From NCBI GenBank assembly GCA_964276515.1, contig OZ193909.1:4712001-4776000 (forward strand): a DNA stretch of 64,000 nucleotides. Direction: 5' to 3'. This document shows, piece by piece, positions 22,901 through 35,216 of the stretch (positions within the stretch are counted from its first letter, which is position 1; every line of letters begins with the position of its first letter). The stretch comes from Gordius albopunctatus (Eukaryota). The translations under genes and the position numbers were made by a program. The notes beneath the pieces were generated by a model. That model did not search any database. It saw only the letters and a list, made by a program, of their open reading frames with translations, and had not been told where the DNA came from.

Positions 22901-24213
22901 TCGTGTTTCTTAATTTCAGTTGCCTGACCATAATTTGTCATGTCTTCATTCCACCACCCTGTTTCCTTATCTTTTTTTATACCTGGTTTACCTTCTCCTA
23001 GAACACATCTCGCTACTGATCGTACCGTGTTAGCTAAGTTATTCCACATATCGTTAATATTCTGCTGATCATCTATTTGCAACCGTTAAACTATTTGATC
23101 ATTATAAATATCTTTCAATTTTGGTAGCCGCCATTTGATTTTATCCATTTAATCTCTTCGGCTTTTGTGTTTTCGCCTTGGATATGGTATCCATCACAAC
23201 AAGTCTATGCTGGGTTGCAATAGCCTCACCTGGTATCACTTTACAAACTTGTACATTCTTTAATTCCTTTCTTGTTTTTAGGAGTAAGTCAATCTGCGAA
23301 GATCGATTTCCACTTTTGTACGTTATTAGGAAATTTACATTCTTTTTGAAGAAGGTATTTGTGATGGCCAAATCAAATGCTACGGCTATTTTAAATATTT
23401 CGTCGCCTTCATCGTTTCTCGCTCCGTATCCATTTCCACCATGGTACCATTCAAATCCTTCTCTTGTTTTGCCTACCTAACATGATCATTCATATCCGCT
23501 CCAATTATAACTATCTCGGCTCTGGGTATTATGCGAAGCGTTTCGTCTGATAATTCCAAAAATTCCTTCTTTTCTTTATCTGTGCATCCTGTTTGCGGAG
23601 CATTTCCGGAAACTACCGTAATCATTTGACCTTCTATGCATAGTTTCAACATCATGAGTCGCCCACTTTTTCTTTGTACCTCAATGCCTTTATCTTGCAG
23701 ATGTGAGGCTGGTATGATTGCCACGCTTTTTATTTGTTTCTAGGCCATTGAAGTAAAGTTTATAGCCCTCACCTATCATCCTTGCCTTTGCGCCTTTCCA
23801 TCTTGTTTTCTGTATACACGCTACATCGACCCGTCGCTTTCTAAGGGTGTCAGAAACTTCTCTTGCAGTCATCGTTCCAACATTTAGCGAGCCCGCTCTC
23901 AATCTCGTCCTTAGCAAACTAGTTTATCTAACTACATCTGTTTGCGGAAGATGTAGTGACCCTCGTTGATTTTCACGAGATTCGGGCGCCTACCATGCGC
24001 ATCGTTTACAGAGGACGCCCTAGCGCTTTCATTACTTTAATTATTCACAAATTTCATAGCACTTGGATCAGGTATGACGCTCGGCTATCCAGGCTTGACA
24101 GCCGTGTTGACGATGTGAGATATTTTTAATCTTTGAAATAAGTGCCGGAGGTGGTATCGAACCGGCAACCTCTTGCTTCAAAGTTTAAACTTACACCCAC
24201 CACGCCCCACAGA
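19901..24213 (-). mobile_element. Full-length decayed RTE-clade LINE (APE endonuclease + RT)
   Basis: APE fragments (GSLNVGTM, IIGADMN, SQIDLL) and RT fragments (DLEKAFD, HQGSALSP, FADD). The 11-bp TSD AATCAAATACA is at 19890-19900 and 24214-24224, with a single copy at the empty site (about 7717-7727). Confidence 0.93.
20040..21381 (+). mobile_element. 5'-truncated RTE LINE nested antisense in the 3' end of the previous RTE
   Basis: RT ORF with DLEKAYD, HQGSALSP and YADD, ending in an AGCAGAAG tail. It splits the host sequence GCTTCCATG|TCAGTTTAGG, which is contiguous at 44353-44371. Confidence 0.9.
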
Positions 24214-26249
24214 AATCAAATACAGTTGGGTTGGTGTAATTAAAGATCCTAAATTAACTTGAAAATCAATCAGATTATAATTATAAAAATAAAGCTTGTA
24301 GTCTTAAATTTCATGATTTAAAGATGTTTTTAATGGGCGGTTTTAGAGATTTTGGCTGGAATGCAAAAACTTCGCTCATTGATGCATGTGGCGTTCGTTG
24401 GGAAGACAAAAGGGTGTGGTTATATTAAGCAAGGGTTTATTTTAATTTGAAAGCGAAGTTGAGAGCATTCATAGGGCGGCATAGGCATAGCCAGGGGGTG
24501 GCAGGGAGGGGGGACTGCTCCTCTTTAAATCCAAAAAATCTTTGAAATTTCAAAAAATAGCATATTACCTCTCAAATCATTATTTCCCAATTCAATCCTG
24601 GCTACAATCATGTGGGACGGCATGTCTATTAAGTTTAAAAAAGCCATCATATACCATTGATCAATTTTTTCTAAATTGATGTTCATGTCATTTAACACTA
24701 AAATTCGACCAAAGTTGACTCTCTTTTTTATACACTGTTTGCATAGTAACTATATATGACTGAAAAAAATTTACAGGATATAAAAGATAATTCAAGTATT
24801 CAGATTGCAAATAGGAACTACTCCTATAATTTATAAAGTTACAACTTATAATATTGGGGAAATACCTAATCAACTTTTTTTCTTGGCGAGCGAACAAGTG
24901 ATTGCTGAAAAGAAAAATAATGGGTTAAAGCTTTTTACCTAAAATTATAAGTGTCTGTATTTTATATATTTATTTATTGATCCAATTTTTTTAGTTTTGA
25001 TGGGGGGGGGGGGTGATTTTGAGCTCCCCACGTTGGCTACGCCAATGGTTTGTTCACTTATAGACCTTATTTTTAATACATATTTCTAAAACATGAGGTC
25101 AAAGCAAAGTGTATCCAATATATGTGTTTTAATTGCCATTTTTGGGATATTTAGTGTTTATTTGGATGATTAATTAAAATTTTTCAGAAAGAATCAACAA
25201 ATCTCATATCAAAATCAAATACCATATTACATACCTTCGTGGTGGACTTTCGGTAATAATATTCAAAATTATTCAATACCCCATTTATTATAGCTAAACT
25301 ATTTCATAATGTTAATAAAAATTTCAACTAGTTCAACTTTGCAACTCGTGCAAATCTATTTTAGTATAAAGAAAATCGTTAAAATAATGTATTTTGCGAT
25401 AATAGGCAGAATCTCACTTATTATGTGTTATAAAATGGCCTAAACAAAATTTTTTAGCTATACCATTTATTCAAGAATGCAGGCCTACATAGAATTTAAT
25501 ATTTTAAAGATTTCTAGTTTCTTATTTAAGTGAGAAGTGCCTAACTAATTTTACAAATATTATTAATTAAATTGTAATCTATCTGAGCCATGTCGCTGGC
25601 AAAAAGTTAAAATACAATCTTCTCAAATTTTAGATGCTAACTTTCAAAAGTTCAATTGTATAAAACTTTTATACGATTGAATGCTTATTCTAATTCCGCT
25701 ATATTTTAGTCTGAATCTACACAATAATCAAAAAACTAAATTTATTTCAATGTAATTTTAATATAGCGAAAATTAAGTTTAAAAGCTATACATAAAAATA
25801 AATTTTGGGATGGAACACAATTTTATATACAAAATTGCCATATGCATGCATGCTATTCCATTATTTTAATTAAAATTAGGGTCTTCTCCCATTTGAGGGA
25901 AAACCTACTTAGTATAATTAATCTTCCTCGTAACAACATACCAGGTTAATTATTTATTTTGTTGGCAAGCCTTCCAACTAAATTAAATTGGTCATTTAAT
26001 GAGGTATTTTCCTCCAATTTTGTCATATTTATTATAACCCAAATATGGAGAATATGTAAAGAACTCCATAATTGGTGACATTTAGGTGCTTAGTTAAGAT
26101 TATCCAAAAAGAGCGGGGGGCGGGTGGTTAAATCTCTTTATCATAAAATTTTTAATTGACGATATGGACACTAAAAAAAATTAATTCAAATTACTTATAG
26201 GTGCCATAAATGTCTTCAAATAAATCAATAGTTTAGCTGTATGTTTATA

Positions 26250-26386
26250 CATGGGCGTAGCCAAAGGGGGGGGACCAGAAACGGGTGGATGCCCCCCTCT
26301 AAATTCAAAACTTTGTTGAAATTTATTAAATTTATGGCTTACATAAAATTATTTTGCTCCTTCGTATATCGCTGGCGACGCCCACG
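26250..26386. mobile_element. hAT-type MITE
   Basis: TIRs CATGGGCGTAGCCA..TGGCGACGCCCACG and an 8-bp TSD TGTTTATA. A partly deleted counterpart ends at 13390. Confidence 0.8.
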
Positions 26387-27049
26387 TGTTTATATACGTA
26401 TTAAATTTACACTACTGAAATTTTTTGACCCTGATTTTCCCTTCTACTACAAATATCCAAAAACTTATTTAAACAATAGTGTGTTTAAATAATAGGCAAC
26501 GCTCCCACCTCAAGTAAATATTGATAGACAATCGTTCAGCAAAAGGAAAATTAATTGACTATTTTTTTAGAACGTTCTACATTCTGTATCTAAAATTTAT
26601 ACCTTTATCCTAGGTCATATTTGTCTAAATTTTTTTGCCAAAACCCGGCCCGGTCTGATAACTAAATTGCCTGTCAGAGCCAGCCCGAACCCTTTTAAAC
26701 ATTTGCCCATGCTTAAATCATTTTTTATATATATCTGGACTTTTCAATATAATTATATAATGAAATAAAAAAAGTGACATACACTATATGAAATCTATTA
26801 AGTTCAAATTGTCCGAAATTTTTCATGATGCTCGCCCGGGCCTATTGAAAAATATAAATTTACACCAGTTATTTGATATTTATTTTATTACAAATAAAAA
26901 TGTTATAAAATACACCCTTCGGACGTGACTGGGGACTTCGTCCCCAGACCCTCGTTCCGCCCTCAGACTCAGCTAAGTCAAGCACAGTGCCTGCTTCACA
27001 TATCTCTGCTTTAAATTCTTGTGCACATCGTTTATTACATAAATACCTT

Positions 27050-29560
27050 GTAGTAGTGGTTGAACTTGTGTACTCTCGTGATCCATGAAGCTATACCTTT
27101 GGTAGCCAAACACAATTTTTATGTTTTTTACTAGTGGGGTCACCCTATTGGCAAGATTCTTGGTGAAGGGTCAGACTAAAATTTCTGGGCTTTTTGAGGG
27201 AGTAATTAGTGAAATGGAAGTGCTAGATTAAGACTATCGATACGAGTGGTCTAAAGAAAAGTTTAATTCACCAAAATGACTGCATTATAAAGAATAGTAG
27301 GTAGTCAAGTGCCAAAATCTAACATAGTTCCGTCAGGCTTGGAAGGCCGAGATATCAATACTCCCTCATTCCATATAAACCAAAATGTATACTACAACAA
27401 AGACGCAGAATGAAAACCATTGGGTATCCCCCTTAAGCGACGCGCGCTTTCTTCGCCTGGAATGTGTGGTAAATAAACAAAGGCTACCGCTCTCTCAACA
27501 AACGGAAGCTGTTAAAGATAGTAGTTTGCGTAGGATAAAGTTTGGATCATGGAATATTGGTACAATGACTAGCAAGAGCAGAGAATTGGCAGACGTTCTA
27601 AGGAGAAGAAAAATTGATATCGCTTGTATACAAGAGACCAAATGGCCGCTACTATACAATGGAGGAAACTAAACGATAATATTCAACATTTTCAGGAAAA
27701 AGTAATTAAACATGCTGAATTTAAGGAAAATACTTGATGTGAGGATCAATAGAATGGTATATAGCTGCCACATTCGAAAAGCGGGACGAGAAATACTAGG
27801 TGAAAACAAGCCCACTAAAAGAATTCTCAAGGAGACGTGGTGGTAGAATGAAGAGATTGTACAAAGTTTGGTATAAAAGCAAGGATAGTAATGATAAGCA
27901 AGCTTACCAGGTAGCTAAAAAATCGGCTAAAAAACTCGTAGCGAAAGCTAAAAACAAGGGGTACGACGATATAAATGTAAAACTCAACTCAAAGGAAGGA
28001 GAAAGATTGCTCTACAAAATCTCAAAGTCAAGGGCCCGAAATTCTAAAGATTTCCTAGAATGCCGGCTAATCAAGGGTCAAAAAAATACTAACACACGAC
28101 AGCCATATACTAAAAAGATGGTACGACTATTATAGCGATTTATCAATTGAAAAAAGGCCTGTAGTCGAAGACACTAACCAGGAAAACACAATAGGAGAAT
28201 TAAACACAGCGGACTGGATCACGGAAAGTTGCTATGGGTAAACTAAAGCCAGGAAAATCTCTTGGACCCGACAATATACCGATAGAGGGCTTCAAAGCGT
28301 TAGGCAATACTGGTGGACAATTCCTCGCCAACCTTTTCAACAATATCTTGAAAACGGGTAAAATGCCAAACGAGTGTAGGGATAGCTACATCATCACGAT
28401 ATACAAGATGAAAGGGGAAATTCAGGATTTCAACAATTACAGAGGGGTTAAGCCTATGATTCACACTTTGAAGGTGTGGGAAAAAGTGATCAAAAAACGG
28501 CTTCGGAGTTTGGTTCAAATTCGAGATAATCGGTCTACAGAAGACGCCTTTAACAGTGTTAGAAGATCAATGGAACGGTTTAAAGAAAGGGAAGAGGATT
28601 TGCACATGTGTTTCATCGATCTATAAAAAGCGTTCGATAAAGTTCCTCGTAATTTAGTTGGGAAATGTCTTGAAGAAAACAATGTACCAGAAGTATACGT
28701 CAGAGCAATAAAAGATATGTACAAGGGAAATAGAACGTACGTTAGAACATCGGTGGGGACTACAAAGAGCTTTGCCATTAACACTGGAGTCCATCAAGGT
28801 TCAGCTCTTAGTCTCTTCCTATTCATAATGATAATGGATAATATTACCAAGGACCTGGACGAGGAAGCTCCTTGGGCAATGATCTTTGCAGATGATATAA
28901 TCCTCTGTGCCAAAAGTGAACAAGAATTGGCTAATACTGTAAATAGATGGTTAAATGCAATAGAAGAAGGTCTCAAGGTAAATCGAAAGAAAACAGAATA
29001 CATGAAGACAATGTTTAAATCGGATGAAAACCAGCAAAGTGCATCCCTTACTTTAGGCGATTGGCAACTTACAAACATGGGTTCCTTCGAATATTTAGGA
29101 TCCACACTTCAATCGTATGGTGGAATGGATAAAGAAATCCAAGCAAGGATAAATTCCGGATGGCTCAAGTGGAGGGACTTGACAGGTGTTCTGTGTGACA
29201 AAAACATCCCGAGAAGACTAAAAGGCGCACTGTATAAATCCATCATACAGCCAAAAGTCCTGTATAGCTCGGAATCATGGGCTATACGTAAAATAGAAGA
29301 GCAACGTCTTGCGGCCATGGAGATTAGAATGCTAAGATGGGTGATAAGCGTAAGCAAAAAGTACCATAGGCTAAATAAAGAAATAAGAAGAATTTTGGGT
29401 ACTACATCAATTGCGACAAAGTTCCTAACAAATAGAGTAAGATGTTCTGGCCATGTCGAAAGAAGGGACGATAGCTACGTAGGAAAGAAAATCGAGATGA
29501 TAAATTTCGCAGAAAAACGAAGGAGAGGAAGATCCAAGCTTACTATAAAAAACTACATGT
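27050..29560 (+). mobile_element. Decayed RTE LINE with 5'UTR and internal deletions
   Basis: APE start (FGSWNIGTM, ACIQETKW) and RT (HQGSALS, FADD, YLGS), C-terminal KRRRGR; many stops and frameshifts. Confidence 0.9.
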
Positions 29561-29589
29561 GACGGTATGAATTGATAGGTTTAAATGAG

Positions 29590-30590
29590 GAAAATGCAAC
29601 AGGTGTTAAAATAGCAATTAAAATAGGGATCAAAAAACGAAATTTCTTTTTGATTCACACTTTGGCCAATGTTTATGTTTTTCCTTTGGTCAGTAGCCAG
29701 CGGACGCCAAAAAGCCTATATTATCAATGTAACACAACCAGTGTTAGGTTAATAAATAAATAAAAACTTGCCTTCACCAAGATTCGAACCCATATTAGTA
29801 GAGCCATAGGTTTTTGTAAAAGGGAACAGGGTTACAGGTGCTCAAAAAATTAATAATAGGCTTACAACAAAATGAGCGGCGCTATGCAATAGCTCCGATA
29901 TTGCCTGTTACGACCGCGCATCTAAAAAGGTCACAGATATCGTAAGTATAAGTATATCTCAAAAATTTAACAGGTGCTAAATTAAAATTTTTTACTTTGG
30001 CTAATGGACATTTTTTCCATTGGTCAGTACCAAGAGACGGTCTACAAATACATAAGAATCAAAAAAAAAAAATTTCGATTCACACTTTGACCAATGGTCA
30101 TTTTTCCCAAGTGGTCAGCAGCCAGGACACGGTAAAATTGGATATAAATACATAAGAGTCAAAAAAAACGAAAAAAATTCGATTCACACTTTGTCCAATG
30201 GTCATTTTTCCCATTGGTCAGCAGCCAGGACAGGATAAAGAGCATATTATTATAATATTAACAAGAACAATAAATTAATTTACAAAACCCACATCAGTCG
30301 AGGCATAGGCCTTTGAGGGGGCTGGGGCACAGGGACCCATATCAGTAGAGGCATAGGCCCTTGTAGGAGGGGGGCACAGGGTAATTATCAATGTTAGCTA
30401 AATAGCAATTTAAAAAAACGAATAAAAAATTTCGATGCACAATTTGGCTAATGGTTATTTTTTCATTGGTCAGCAGCCAGCCGACGGCCAAAAAGCCATA
30501 TTATCAATGGTATAAACAAGAACAATATGATTTTAAAAAAACATAAAAAATCTGCCTTAACTAGGATTCGAACCCATAGACGAGTTAAAA
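29590..30590 (-). mobile_element. Degenerate HINE-family central-repeat block
   Basis: Several diverged TTGGTCAG(C/T)AGCCAG units, GAGGCATAGGCC modules and GGATTCGAACCC motifs homologous to 10469-12851. Confidence 0.75.
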
Positions 30591-30599
30591 ATTTATTAA

Positions 30600-33500
30600 T
30601 TCTTTTTCTTCTTTATCAGTTATTTGGTCCCACATTGGTAGGGTTTGTTTTGATAAGTTTCTTCCATCTTGAGCGGTTGAGTGCCATGTCTTGAGTAATC
30701 TCTTTAGTTTCCATAACTTTATCGACTTGCTCTTTCCACGTGACACGGTGTCGTCCTCTTCCTCTTTTCCTGGTACCTCCATGTCTAGTACTTTTCGATT
30801 TACGTCATCCATGTCCCTTCTTAGTATATGCCCATACCACCTTAGCCGATTTTCGTTAATCATGTCCACCATAGTTTGAATACCCATTTTTATCATGAGA
30901 AAGTCATTCGTCATATGGTCGAGCTTAGTATACCCCAAGCTCCACCGTATCATTCTCATCTCTGTGGCTTGTAATAGCTTTACTTTCGTGGTGTTTAATG
31001 CCCATGTTTCACGTCCATAGAGTAACACCGGTCTTACGATGGATTTGTAAGCTTTGCTCTTCAAACATATTGGCATTTTCTTGTTGCACATTACACCGGA
31101 TATACTTCGCCATTTAAGCCATCTTTTTTGGATCCGGACATTGACTTCCGTTGCGCAACCTCCCTCTTAATGTAGCATCAAGCCGAGGTAAGTAAACCTG
31201 TCTAATTTTGGGTACCTTAGATAGTCATCCAGCGATGGGGTGCCTTTACCGTTCATTTCAATGTAGGGGAGACAGGAGCATAAATGGCCATAAAAAATTA
31301 AATCACGTTTTAAAAAAACGAATAAAGTTTTTTATAATTTTTTTATTGGAATACTTTTTTATAGTCTATTTCTAATATAAGAGAAAAAATTGAGAAAAAA
31401 GTGCTTATAGTTTTTCCATAAATTGAGTTTAAAAAAATCAAAAATCCTAGAAATTTCAAAAGTGCCTGGGGTTAGTTATAGCTCTGTTCAGGGGATAGAT
31501 TAACCCTGAAGTTTTAACTTCTTAATAGTGTATGCTAACTTAAATCAATAAAAATATTGTTAAATTATATAAAACATAGAAAATTTAAATGTAATATGAT
31601 TGTATTTTATATAATAAAAATAAAAAAAGGGTCAAGATGACAATCTGACTTAAGTAAACGTTAAGTGTTTTTTAAGTATAATCATAATCTATTTCTATTC
31701 CTAATTACACTAATTTGAATTATAAACAAGATTTTTGTTTTTTTAAATTTTTTTATTTGTAAGGCCCCCCTATTTTTATGAACAATTAATAATTGAACAT
31801 GTTATATTGCGAATAAAAATCTAATCATTAGGCGTTTTTATATAAAAAAATATCCCTTTATAAGATAAAACTTAAATTAATCCAAATAATAAAGCCAAAA
31901 AAATTTTATGTGCAAAATAAAAATTTTTGTCAAGGCTATTAAAAGCCCCGAAAAATCGTTTTTTATCTATAAAATTCTTTTTTTCTAAACAAAAATTTTT
32001 TCACTTATACCTTATAAAAACATACACATATGGTTTAAATTTTAATAATATATAATTATTATTTTAAAAATAATTAGAAAGATAATAGTAACCCAGGGCT
32101 ACGACTAGCCCCGGTCTCTCCTATACCGTTTTTCGATCGTTGATCTTTATCAAGCTAAGCGCTTTGACCACTTTTCAGCTTCTTCAAATAATTTCTCCCT
32201 TGTTTCCTCGCATAGTACTATATCATCGGCATATAGCATACACCATGGCGATGGCTTTTGAATGTCTCTCGTTATCGTGTCTATAATTATATTAAATAAA
32301 AAAGGACTTAAAGCAGAGCCTTGATGTAAACCAATATTAACCCGAAAAGGTTTAGAGTCTCCAACTGTCGTCCTAACGCAAGAGTTTCAGGCTTCATAAA
32401 TATTTTTCATAAGCCGTATATATGCGTCAGAGATATTTTGTTTCGTCAGTCACCAGCATATTAAATCCAAGTCGATAAAAATCATATGTAGGTCTATCCT
32501 CTTTTGACAATACTTATCGATCATTTTTGTTAGTGCGAAGATTGCGTTGATTGTGGATTTGCCGGCTACGAATCCAAATTGATTAGCCGATATTTCCACC
32601 TCGTTTTTAAGATTTGTTACTAAGATCCTTTCCATAAGCTTCAAGGAGTGTCAAGTTAGTTTGATCCCTCTGTAATTGCCGCAGTCCTGAGGGTCTCCTT
32701 TGCCTTTTAATAAGGGTATAATCGTGCTTGCTCTCCATTGATTAGGGATTCGCTCTTCTATCAATATCTTGTTAAGGAAGTTCGTCATGGTGGTGACTCC
32801 TTCTTCACGACATCCGAGCAATGCTTCCATAGGTATTACATCTGGGCCATTTGCTTTTCCTTTTTGCATCTTGTTCATTTGTGTCCTAACTTCATCCACC
32901 TGAAAGAGTTTGACCATACTTATATTTGGCTCAATTTCGGGAAGGGAATCCTTGTCATTTGCAATATTCATAAGTTTCTTAAAATATCCTTTCCACTTTT
33001 CCATCACTTCTTTCGGCTTAAATAAGGTTTGTCCCTTCTCGCTTTTGACTATTTTAAGAACTCCGACATCGCGAGTTTTCTTTTCCCTTATCTTGGCCAA
33101 TTTGTACATAAGCCTATCGCCCCCTTTATGATCGAGTATGTTTGCCATCTCGGTGTACGCGTCATTCTTCGCTTTTGCAACGAAATTTTTTGCGGCCCTC
33201 TTTGCGTACCTGTACTCTTGATAATCCTCCAACTTTTTGATTTATACCATCGTCTATATAGATTTTTCTTTCTTTCGATGAAATCTTTTGCCGATTGATC
33301 CCACCACCATAGTTCACTATTCATAGCTTTGCCTCCTTTGGTCTGTCCTAGAACACGAATAGCTGTTCCCTTAATGTTCTTAGATAGCGTCTCCCAATCG
33401 TCGTCTACGTCCCTTTGCAACTTCCTTACACCCAAGAGTGAGCAGGCTTTTTGATGGTATTCTTAGTTCGTCGACGGATCCTTTAGCCTTTCATATCGAA

Positions 33501-33745
33501 TTCGAGGTTCATAGAACTTTCTTCTTTCGGGAAATACTCTTCTGTGAAGATCCATAACAAGGGGACAATGTTGCCTGGCGATTTCTTCTCCCGGTATCAC
33601 TTTGCAATCCTTGATACTCCATAAGTCCTTTCGCCGTATAAGAAAATAGTCGATTTGACTAAAATGCTTCCCACTTCTATAGGTCACAATATGATCTTCG
33701 CGCTTTTGAAAATAGGTGTTAACGATCGCCATGTCAAATGCTTGG
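30600..33745 (-). mobile_element. Decayed RTE LINE (APE C-terminal part to 3' end), interrupted by a MITE
   Basis: Fragments SQIDYFL, KGKGDPQDCGNYRGIKL, HQGSALSP/YADD (about 32220-32335) and RLRWYGH; GAA-rich tail near 30602. Confidence 0.9.
31266..32121. mobile_element. TA-target (Tc1/mariner-pogo type) non-autonomous DNA element
   Basis: TIRs GGGGAGACAGGAGC / GCCCCGGTCTCTCC. Removing the element and one TA restores the RTE codons KTVYIEM. Confidence 0.75.
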
Positions 33746-34450
33746 GTGAGGTCTTGTACCTGTGTCCATAAAGTGGTTGATGATCTGTATAGCTGCGTCT
33801 ATCTTGGAGACAAACTTAGCGTTTACCTTTAATGTGTGATTTTCCAGATTAACGTGGATACCCAAATAATCCAGAATTTTCTTGGGTTCTAGGGATGACT
33901 TGTTCCGGTTGATGGTCAGGTTCCAACATTTTGCCATGTATAGGAACCTTCGCGTGTCAGCTTTGACCAAAGTTTCCGAACGTCCGTAGATTAGAATATC
34001 GTCTAAATAGACGTTGTATTTTGATTTTGTGACCGATTTCTTGCAAAGATCCAACATAATCTGTTGCAGTACGTAGGGAGAAAAACTAGCCCCCATCGGG
34101 AGCACTTTGTAAGAATATTTTTGTCTTCTGTATCGGAATCCGAATAATTTCGATGATTCCACGACCAATGGAATAGAGAAAAAGGCTGATTTCATATCGA
34201 TTTTTGTCATGAAGAGGGAATCAGATAGCGAAGAAGCGATGAGCGGGATTGATTTAATAGTAAAGGGATATTTGATAAAATTCTTGGAGACTTGCGATAA
34301 ATCCGCTATGAGCCTGGGGGAGCCGTCATTCTTTGGAATAAAATACATGGGCGATGGGATGCCCAGCGGATTTCTTCTAACTACGTTGCTGAGAATGACC
34401 TCGTTTACCAGGGGTTTGTGTTCTCTGGGGATTGCTTTAACATAGTCAAT
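33746..34450 (-). mobile_element. DIRS/tyrosine-recombinase-class reverse transcriptase fragment
   Basis: Stop-free 240-codon frame with KIDMKSAFFSIP, LPMGASFSP, YLDD and INRNKSSLEPKKILDYLG. The IN.xKS.LxP...(F/Y)LG thumb pattern is typical of DIRS-like RTs. Confidence 0.75.
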
Positions 34451-34454
34451 TTTC

Positions 34455-35185
34455 AAAAATAAATATAAATTTTAATAGAAAATGTTGATTATGACATTTG
34501 TCACCACTGTGACCTCAAATCTTCCCAAATTTTTTTTTCTAATAGTAGAACATCTTTTAGTCATATAATAAATCTATTTTCAAAAAAAAATTAATTTCAA
34601 TAGAAAATGTTGATTATGACATTTGTCACCACTGTGACCGGGAAAATTCAAAAAAATATTTTTAAAGGGTAAAAAGGGCTTTCCGGCCCCCCCGGGTGAG
34701 AAATAGGGTAAAAAATAAGAAGAGGGGCGAATCACCCCCTCCTCCCTCACCCCGGAATCAGAAAGAGGGTAAAAATTTGGGGGGGGGGCAAAACATTCAC
34801 CATGCCCCCACTCCTCCCCATGTGAGAAAGAGGGTTAAAAATTAGGGGGGGAGCAAAAAACCCAAAATAGTGGGTTCATAAAATCCATGACGTGATAAAA
34901 TTCGTGCCCCATTTCAATATATAAAATGTATAAGTCTAATATTTATTTTTAATAATATTAAATGAATCCTATAAATAAATAATAAATATTTCTACATATA
35001 TTCTAACTTTCCTGACGTCATTATTGTATATGATGCTATAAATGAAACTGGCCGGGAAATGTCCGATATTTTTAAAACGGAAAGGTATTTTAGGAATCTC
35101 AAAAAGCTATTTTACCCCTGGCCGCCCTGGGTATCTACGGTTAAATTTTCGCGCGAATCGGGCCGATGGTTTCAGAATTTAGCCC

Positions 35186-35216
<31 letters not shown>

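Larger units (their letters stand above)
15057..26908 (+). repeat. Tandem segmental duplication, unit 2 (contains GPCR copy 2)
   Basis: Collinear with 4783-13738. Carries its own HINE (15597-17311) and RTE (19901-24213) insertions. Confidence 0.92.

Noticed and set aside
24138..24213. Functional tRNA gene (also 12735-12797)
   Set aside because: No complete acceptor stem or D arm can be folded, and both lie inside mobile elements; treated as tRNA-derived.
26930..26948. Perfect hairpin CTGGGGAC-TTC-GTCCCCAG at the end of duplication unit 2
   Set aside because: Possibly a rolling-circle element end, but I could find no partner terminus or second copy in the window.
33746..34450. Endogenous hepadnavirus
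   Set aside because: YLDD and the KSxLxP thumb pattern fit DIRS-like RTs better, and no terminal-protein, core or surface ORF is visible. Left open only pending a phylogeny.
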